A DNA stretch of 32,000 nucleotides, taken from positions 1 through 32,000 of the forward strand of contig DDIL01000005.1 of NCBI GenBank assembly GCA_002338515.1. The letters are read 5' to 3'. Under the pieces are notes generated by a model, which saw nothing but the letters and a program-made list of their open reading frames with translations, searched no databases and was not told the origin of the DNA. Below are positions 27,142 to 32,000 of the stretch, one piece after another. How positions within the stretch are numbered: position 1 is the stretch's first letter; each line of letters opens with the position of its first letter. The position numbers and the translations under genes are program-made. This DNA comes from Glaciecola sp. UBA1851. GTDB lineage: Bacteria > Pseudomonadota > Gammaproteobacteria > Enterobacterales > Alteromonadaceae.

Positions 27142-27512
27142 TTTATTTTTTAATATTCACAAGTTATTTACAATTAAGTGTGTTAAATAACCATTTTACT
27201 GGCATGAAATTTTGTAGTTCCGTGTATTATTTTAGGTATTCACATTATGATTTTTGATTTAAGTGTTGTTTGAATACCCAATATAATTCGTGATTTAACG
27301 AGTGGATCCAACATGTTTAATATACATTTTCGTATTTAAGTATATGAAATAAATAACTATTTATTTAGATTTTGTTTTATTGAAGTAGTGGTGTCTTTTC
27401 TAAATAGGCAGCGATTGGCTTCATTTTATAATCATAAATACAGTTAACAAATTCCTCATCTATAGCTAATATCCATTAAATGTTAAATTAGTGTGGTTTT
27501 TGAAGGTCTGAA

Positions 27513-28652
27513 ATGAAAAATATTAAACTAAGTGTGATTATGTTTGGGTGCATGTTTATCCTTTCTTGCTCAATCAAAAGCGGAAAGATTAATGATATTT
27601 CCAATAGTAGTTTAGCAGATGTTTTTAGTGAAGGATTTGATTTAGGTGTAGCCGTTAACCGCAATCAAATGTTGGGAATTGAAAAACCACAACAGCAAAT
27701 TGTGAGTCAGCACTTTAATGCACTCACACCCGAAAATGATATGAAGTGGAGCACGCTGCAACCTTCTGAAGGTAGTTTTGATTTTACAGGTGCAGATGCC
27801 CTAATAAATTATGCAGCAGAAAATAATAAGAAAATTATTGGCCACGTATTAGTTTGGCATCAGCAAGTACCGGAATGGCTATTTGTTGATGAGCAAGGCA
27901 AACAAGTTACAAGAGAAGTGCTTCTATCTAGAATGAAATCACATATTTTTGAAGTGGCAGGTAGGTATAAAAACCAAATTTATGGTTGGGATGTCGTCAA
28001 TGAAGCATTAAATGATGATGGTAGTCTACGAGAGTCTAAATGGCTTGAAATTATTGGTGAAGACTTTATTGATTATGCATTTTTATATGCTTCCCAAGCA
28101 GCGCCAAACGCTAAACTGTATTACAACGATTACAATCTGTTTAAACAAGAAAAAATTACGGGTGCACTGACAATTGCCGAACGACTAAAACGCAAGGGAA
28201 TTCGAATTGATGGGATTGGTGCACAAGCGCATTATGGGCTAAACCCACCTGTTGCAGAATTAGAAAAAACTATTCAGCGAGTTATTTCTCAGCAATTAGA
28301 TTTTATGATAACGGAACTGGATATTACCGTCTTAAAATTTCCCGAGCCTGAAAAAATGGGGGCAGATGTGAGTCTAAATGTTGAATATGCAGAAGAATAC
28401 AATCCTTATGCTGAAAGTATGTCAAACGAAGCCTTGCAAGCATTGGCACAAAGTTATATCGATTTATTTGAGCTTTTTTGGAAGTACCGCGACCACATCA
28501 GTAGAGTCACTCTTTGGGGAGTAAGTGATGGTGATTCATGGAGAAACTATTGGCCCATGCAAGGAAGAGTTGACTACCCTTTATTATTTGACCGAGCTTA
28601 CCAAGCAAAACCTTTTGTACAAGATTTAATAAACATACCTCAAAGTCAATAA
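27513..28652 (+). CDS. GH10 endo-1,4-beta-xylanase, probable lipoprotein
   Basis: Lipobox-like FILSC. GH10 acid/base motif GWDVVNEAL and nucleophile motif MITELDITV. NDYN and WHQQVPEW are also present. Confidence 0.9.
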   Translation: MKNIKLSVIMFGCMFILSCSIKSGKINDISNSSLADVFSEGFDLGVAVNRNQMLGIEKPQQQIVSQHFNALTPENDMKWSTLQPSEGSFDFTGADALINYAAENNKKIIGHVLVWHQQVPEWLFVDEQGKQVTREVLLSRMKSHIFEVAGRYKNQIYGWDVVNEALNDDGSLRESKWLEIIGEDFIDYAFLYASQAAPNAKLYYNDYNLFKQEKITGALTIAERLKRKGIRIDGIGAQAHYGLNPPVAELEKTIQRVISQQLDFMITELDITVLKFPEPEKMGADVSLNVEYAEEYNPYAESMSNEALQALAQSYIDLFELFWKYRDHISRVTLWGVSDGDSWRNYWPMQGRVDYPLLFDRAYQAKPFVQDLINIPQSQ

Positions 28653-28688
28653 CAGCATTCTTTATTCTTATTTTTGGATTATATACTA

Positions 28689-30323
28689 ATGACACAATCA
28701 ATGATTGAAAACCCAATTTTACCAGGTTTTAACCCTGACCCAAGTATTGTTGCGGTTGGCGACGACTACTATATTGCTACTTCTACGTTTGAATGGTATC
28801 CAGGCGTGCAAATACACCACTCTAAAGATTTGAAAAATTGGCGTCTCGTTAAACGACCGCTTGATAGAGAATCTTTGCTCGACATGCGTGGCGCGCCAGA
28901 TTCATGTGGAATATGGGCGCCTTGTTTAAGTTATAGCAATGGCAAGTTTCATCTGATTTTTACTGATGTGAAGCGGTTTCAAGGTAACTTTAAAGATGCC
29001 CATAATTATTATACGAGTTGTGAAACCATAAATGGAACCTGGTCTGACCCTATTTATATGAATTCCAGTGGTTTTGACCCATCTTTGTTTCATGATGATG
29101 ATGGGAAGATGTGGTTTGTTAATATGGTATGGGATCATCGCCATAAACATAATCAATTTGGTGGTATTTTATTGCAAGAATATTGTCCGAAGCAGCAAAA
29201 GCTTGTTGGAGAAGTTAAAAACATATTTAAAGGAACAAGTTTAGGTCTCACAGAAGCACCACACTTATTTAAAAGAAACGGTTATTATTATTTGTTAACT
29301 GCAGAAGGTGGGACGTTTTATACACATGCAATGACAATGGCACGTTCAAAGAATATTGATGGCCCATATGAAAACGATCCATATGGGTATTTGTTAACAG
29401 CAAAAGACAACCAGCATTTACGATTACAGCGTTCAGGCCATGGAGATCTGGTTGAAACCAGTGACGGGCAAACTTACTTAGTGCATTTATGTGGCAGACC
29501 ATTGGCCGGCGAGAGAAGATGTCCATTAGGTAGGGAAACTGGCATACAAAAAACCTATTGGACAGAAGATGATTGGCTACGTGTTGAAGGAGCCATTACT
29601 GACGGTTTACCTTCTTATGAAGTTCCTGCTCCTGCATTGAATGAGTATCCATGGCCAAAAGACCCTATTCGCTATGATTTTAACGATAATGCTTTGCCTA
29701 TAGCCTTTCAATGGTTGCGTACTCCGTTTCCCGAAAGGCTTATGAATTTAAATGCTAGACCAGGCTTTTTGAGATTAATTGGTAGAGAGTCGATAGGCAG
29801 CCTTTATGAACATGCATTGGTTGCGCGTAGACAACAAGCATTTAAATATCGCTCACAAATTTCAATGGAATTCCAACCTACTAGTTTTCAGCAAATGGCT
29901 GGGCTAGTTGTCTATTACAACTGTCATAAATTTCATTATTGTTATGTTTCAATTGATGATGATGGAAATCGTTTTATCGATATTATGAGTTGCCTTGGTG
30001 ACACATCTCAAGAGTTAACCTACCCGCTTCGAGAAGGTGAATTGGAGATTGGAAGAACTGATTCTAGGTTTATTTTACCCAATACAAGTACTTTGTTTAT
30101 TCGCGCATTAGTTGATCATCACATTCTACATTTTGAGTTTTCTTTAGATGAAAAAAATTGGACGCGTTTACCTGTTAATCTTGACCAAAGTATTGTTTCT
30201 GATGAAGCTGGTGGGGGCGACGGTGCGAATTTTACAGGGGCATTTATCGGCATGGCGTGTCAAGATTTGACCGGTCAAGCTTTAGTGGCTGACTTTGATT
30301 ATTTTGAGTACGAAGAGCTATAA
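28689..30323 (+). CDS. GH43 beta-xylosidase/alpha-L-arabinofuranosidase (XynB-like) with a C-terminal beta-sandwich domain
   Basis: NPILPGFNPDPS (catalytic Asp), YYIATSTFEW, CGIWAPCL, TEAPHLFKRNGYYYLLTAEGG, and a ~200-aa C-terminal domain ending in DFDYFEY. The ATG at 28689 is preferred over the TTG at 28674. Confidence 0.9.
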   Translation: MTQSMIENPILPGFNPDPSIVAVGDDYYIATSTFEWYPGVQIHHSKDLKNWRLVKRPLDRESLLDMRGAPDSCGIWAPCLSYSNGKFHLIFTDVKRFQGNFKDAHNYYTSCETINGTWSDPIYMNSSGFDPSLFHDDDGKMWFVNMVWDHRHKHNQFGGILLQEYCPKQQKLVGEVKNIFKGTSLGLTEAPHLFKRNGYYYLLTAEGGTFYTHAMTMARSKNIDGPYENDPYGYLLTAKDNQHLRLQRSGHGDLVETSDGQTYLVHLCGRPLAGERRCPLGRETGIQKTYWTEDDWLRVEGAITDGLPSYEVPAPALNEYPWPKDPIRYDFNDNALPIAFQWLRTPFPERLMNLNARPGFLRLIGRESIGSLYEHALVARRQQAFKYRSQISMEFQPTSFQQMAGLVVYYNCHKFHYCYVSIDDDGNRFIDIMSCLGDTSQELTYPLREGELEIGRTDSRFILPNTSTLFIRALVDHHILHFEFSLDEKNWTRLPVNLDQSIVSDEAGGGDGANFTGAFIGMACQDLTGQALVADFDYFEYEEL

Positions 30324-30338
30324 TATTTAGTTATAAGA

Positions 30339-30387
30339 TTAGGGTCTGTTGATCTTTACTGTATGAATTTTGTTCAACAGACCCTAA
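30339..30387 (+). other. long hairpin (14-bp perfect stem, 21-nt loop) immediately after the GH43 gene
   Basis: ttagggtctgttga (30339-30352) pairs perfectly with tcaacagaccctaa (30374-30387). Confidence 0.5.
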
Positions 30388-30415
30388 AGCATTCACTTGA
30401 TTGTGAATGCTTTTT
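30388..30415 (+). terminator. rho-independent terminator of the GH10-GH43 operon
   Basis: agcattcac-ttgatt-gtgaatgct (9-bp stem, 6-nt loop) followed by tttt. Confidence 0.7.
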
Positions 30416-30554
30416 CAATCAAATTTACATATCTCATCAACCTTATTATTGAGCCTACATTACTTACTTTGCATAGCTAAATGTTATGTTTTTGTAAAAT
30501 AATTGTCAGAAATCATGAAAATCCATTTGCAAATGCCCCTTAAGCTTATTAATA

Positions 30555-30568
30555 TGTAAGCGCTTTCA
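30555..30568. promoter_or_regulatory. LacI-family (XylR-like) operator upstream of the GPH symporter
   Basis: TGTAAGCGCTTTCA, 47 bp upstream of the transporter start codon. Confidence 0.5.
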
Positions 30569-30614
30569 AAACGAAGGCGGCAATATATTTCTTTCGCAGA
30601 ATCAAGGCAATCAA

Positions 30615-31961
30615 GTGGAAAAATTAAGCATTAAAGAAAAAATCGGATTTGGTCTTGGAGACGCTGCCAGCAACATTGTTTTTCAGATGGTGTTGCTTTA
30701 CATGCTCTTTTTCTATACCGACGTATTTGGTATTTCTGCAACCGCTGTCGGCACACTATTTTTAGTTGTCAGAATTTTTGATGCAATCACCGACCCCATT
30801 ATGGGAGGAATAGCAGATCGCACCAAAACTAAATATGGACGATACCGCCCATATTTATTATGGATGTGCATCCCTTATGGTATTTTTGCGGTTCTAGCCT
30901 TTTCTACCCCCGATCTATCTGATACTGGCAAACTCATATACGCGTGTATTACTTATGCGCTTTTAATGACAATGTATACTGCGATTAACATTCCATATTC
31001 CGCTTTAGGCGGGGTGATGACCACTAATAGAAATGAACGAGCGTCGTTACAATCATATCGTTTTATGTTGGCTATGGTGGGAGGTACGATAGTCGCGGCA
31101 AGTGTGTTACCTATGGTAGGCTTTTTTGGTGGTGACGACAATCCTGCATTTGGCTATCAAATGGCAATGATTGTACTTTCAATATTTGCCGTACTTTGCT
31201 TCGTATGTTGTTTCTTATTGACGAAAGAACGAGTAACTGTGGATGACGAAACACACAGAGTTGATTCTGACAAACCTTCTATTTATCAAGACGCGTTAGA
31301 TATGATAAAAAATGATCAATGGCGCATTATTGCGTTTGTGTCATTTTTATCGTTAGCAAGCGGCGCTATGAAGGGCGCCGTCACACCTTTTTATGTTCAA
31401 TATTATCTGCAACAGCCAGATATGATAAGCGTCTTTTTAACCGCAGGGACGGTAGCGTCTTTGTTTGGCGCTTTATTTGCTAATTTAATGACCGGTAAAA
31501 TTTGTAAAGTTAAATTAATGAAGCTGGCAGTAATAGGCAGCTTAATCTTACATGCTGCTATTGTGTTTATTCCATCAGATCAACTTTATCTGTCTCTCTT
31601 TGTAACTAGCGCAGCCGCTTTTGCACATATGGTATTCACGCCACTACTTTTTTCTGCCGTACCAGATACGGTTGATTATGGCATTAAAAAATATGGAAAA
31701 GGTGCAATGGGGATGGGGGTTTCTGGCCATTTATTTGCTTTAAAACTCGGCTTGGCTGTTGGCGGGGCATGTGCTGGCTGGGTGCTGGGTTATGTTGGTT
31801 ATGTGGCTAATGCAGAGCAAACTCAAGAATCATTAAATGGTATTGTATTTTTAATGGGAGCGAGCAGTGCCATTGCATGCACCTTGATACTACTTTTATT
31901 GAATCGTTACGTACTGTATAGCAAAAAAGAAGATTTAAATGTAAATACAGTGGCTAGTTAG
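30615..31961 (+). CDS. glycoside-pentoside-hexuronide (GPH):cation symporter, probable xyloside/xylo-oligosaccharide transporter
   Basis: KIGFGLGDAASNIVFQ...FYTDVFGISA..VGTLFLVVRIFDAITDPIMGGIADRTKTKYGRYRP is the MelB/YicJ/XynP family signature. About 12 hydrophobic segments. GTG start. Confidence 0.85.
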   Translation: MEKLSIKEKIGFGLGDAASNIVFQMVLLYMLFFYTDVFGISATAVGTLFLVVRIFDAITDPIMGGIADRTKTKYGRYRPYLLWMCIPYGIFAVLAFSTPDLSDTGKLIYACITYALLMTMYTAINIPYSALGGVMTTNRNERASLQSYRFMLAMVGGTIVAASVLPMVGFFGGDDNPAFGYQMAMIVLSIFAVLCFVCCFLLTKERVTVDDETHRVDSDKPSIYQDALDMIKNDQWRIIAFVSFLSLASGAMKGAVTPFYVQYYLQQPDMISVFLTAGTVASLFGALFANLMTGKICKVKLMKLAVIGSLILHAAIVFIPSDQLYLSLFVTSAAAFAHMVFTPLLFSAVPDTVDYGIKKYGKGAMGMGVSGHLFALKLGLAVGGACAGWVLGYVGYVANAEQTQESLNGIVFLMGASSAIACTLILLLLNRYVLYSKKEDLNVNTVAS

Positions 31962-32000
31962 GTCAATATGGTTGTTATCTGATTACTGCTAATTGCGTCG

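Noticed and set aside
27347-27366. An AT-only inverted repeat, aaataaata-ac-tatttattt, in the GH5/GH10 intergenic region.
   Set aside because: It consists purely of A/T within a very AT-rich spacer, so it could easily arise by chance. It has no counterpart at the other promoters.
1172-31141. About 25 short ORFs (61-114 aa) in the six-frame track lie inside or antisense to the large genes. Examples: 1172-1387, 1364-1612, 2366-2953, 3914-4099, 6363-6842, 7264-7530, 11004-11276, 12251-12794, 14021-15195, 15799-16011, 16894-17193, 18712-20250, 21177-21368, 23198-23416, 26306-26527, 28507-29526, 30953-31141.
   Set aside because: Each is fully or largely nested in a longer ORF that has clear family motifs. 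Their translations are low-complexity or Ser/Leu/Cys-rich, as expected for off-frame reading of AT-rich DNA. None has a recognisable motif or a convincing ribosome-binding site.
1-32000. Genomic-island or mobile-element boundaries around the phosphonate cassette or the xylan locus.
   Set aside because: I could recognise no integrase, transposase, tRNA gene, or flanking direct or inverted repeats. Compositional shifts cannot be judged reliably by eye.

Overview
AT-rich chromosomal segment that looks like a marine gammaproteobacterium (Alteromonadales-like; this is inference from gene content and codon style only). I recognised no rRNA, tRNA, CRISPR array, transposase or integrase. Five blocks are present. 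(1) 1-5434: the end of a cytochrome bd operon (cydB tail, the small gene cydX that is absent from the ORF track, then cydD and cydC). It is translationally coupled to a sulfide-detoxification-like set: an MBL-fold persulfide-dioxygenase-like protein, a DUF442 protein, a class II c-type cytochrome and an ArsR regulator. (2) 5536-9884: a compact four-gene phosphonate cassette. It encodes a LicD-family transferase, a cytidylyltransferase-PEP mutase fusion with the EDKX5NS hallmark, phosphonopyruvate decarboxylase and an iron-type alcohol dehydrogenase. No aminotransferase is present, so I predict a CMP-activated 2-hydroxyethylphosphonate decoration. (3) 9947-11623 (minus strand): a 7TM-sensor GGDEF diguanylate cyclase. 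(4) 12211-17353: a TetR, membrane-fusion protein and RND efflux operon. (5) 17354-31961: a xylan-utilisation locus. It holds a TonB-dependent receptor, three tandem flavin-dependent tryptophan-halogenase-fold paralogues (the middle one has lost its cofactor and catalytic motifs), GH5 and GH10 lipoproteins, a GH43 xylosidase and a GPH symporter. A 14-bp LacI-type operator (TGTAAGCGCTWMCA) occurs four times in its promoter regions. The two most interesting items are the halogenase-fold triad wired into polysaccharide uptake and the minimal HEP-type phosphonate-tailoring cassette.
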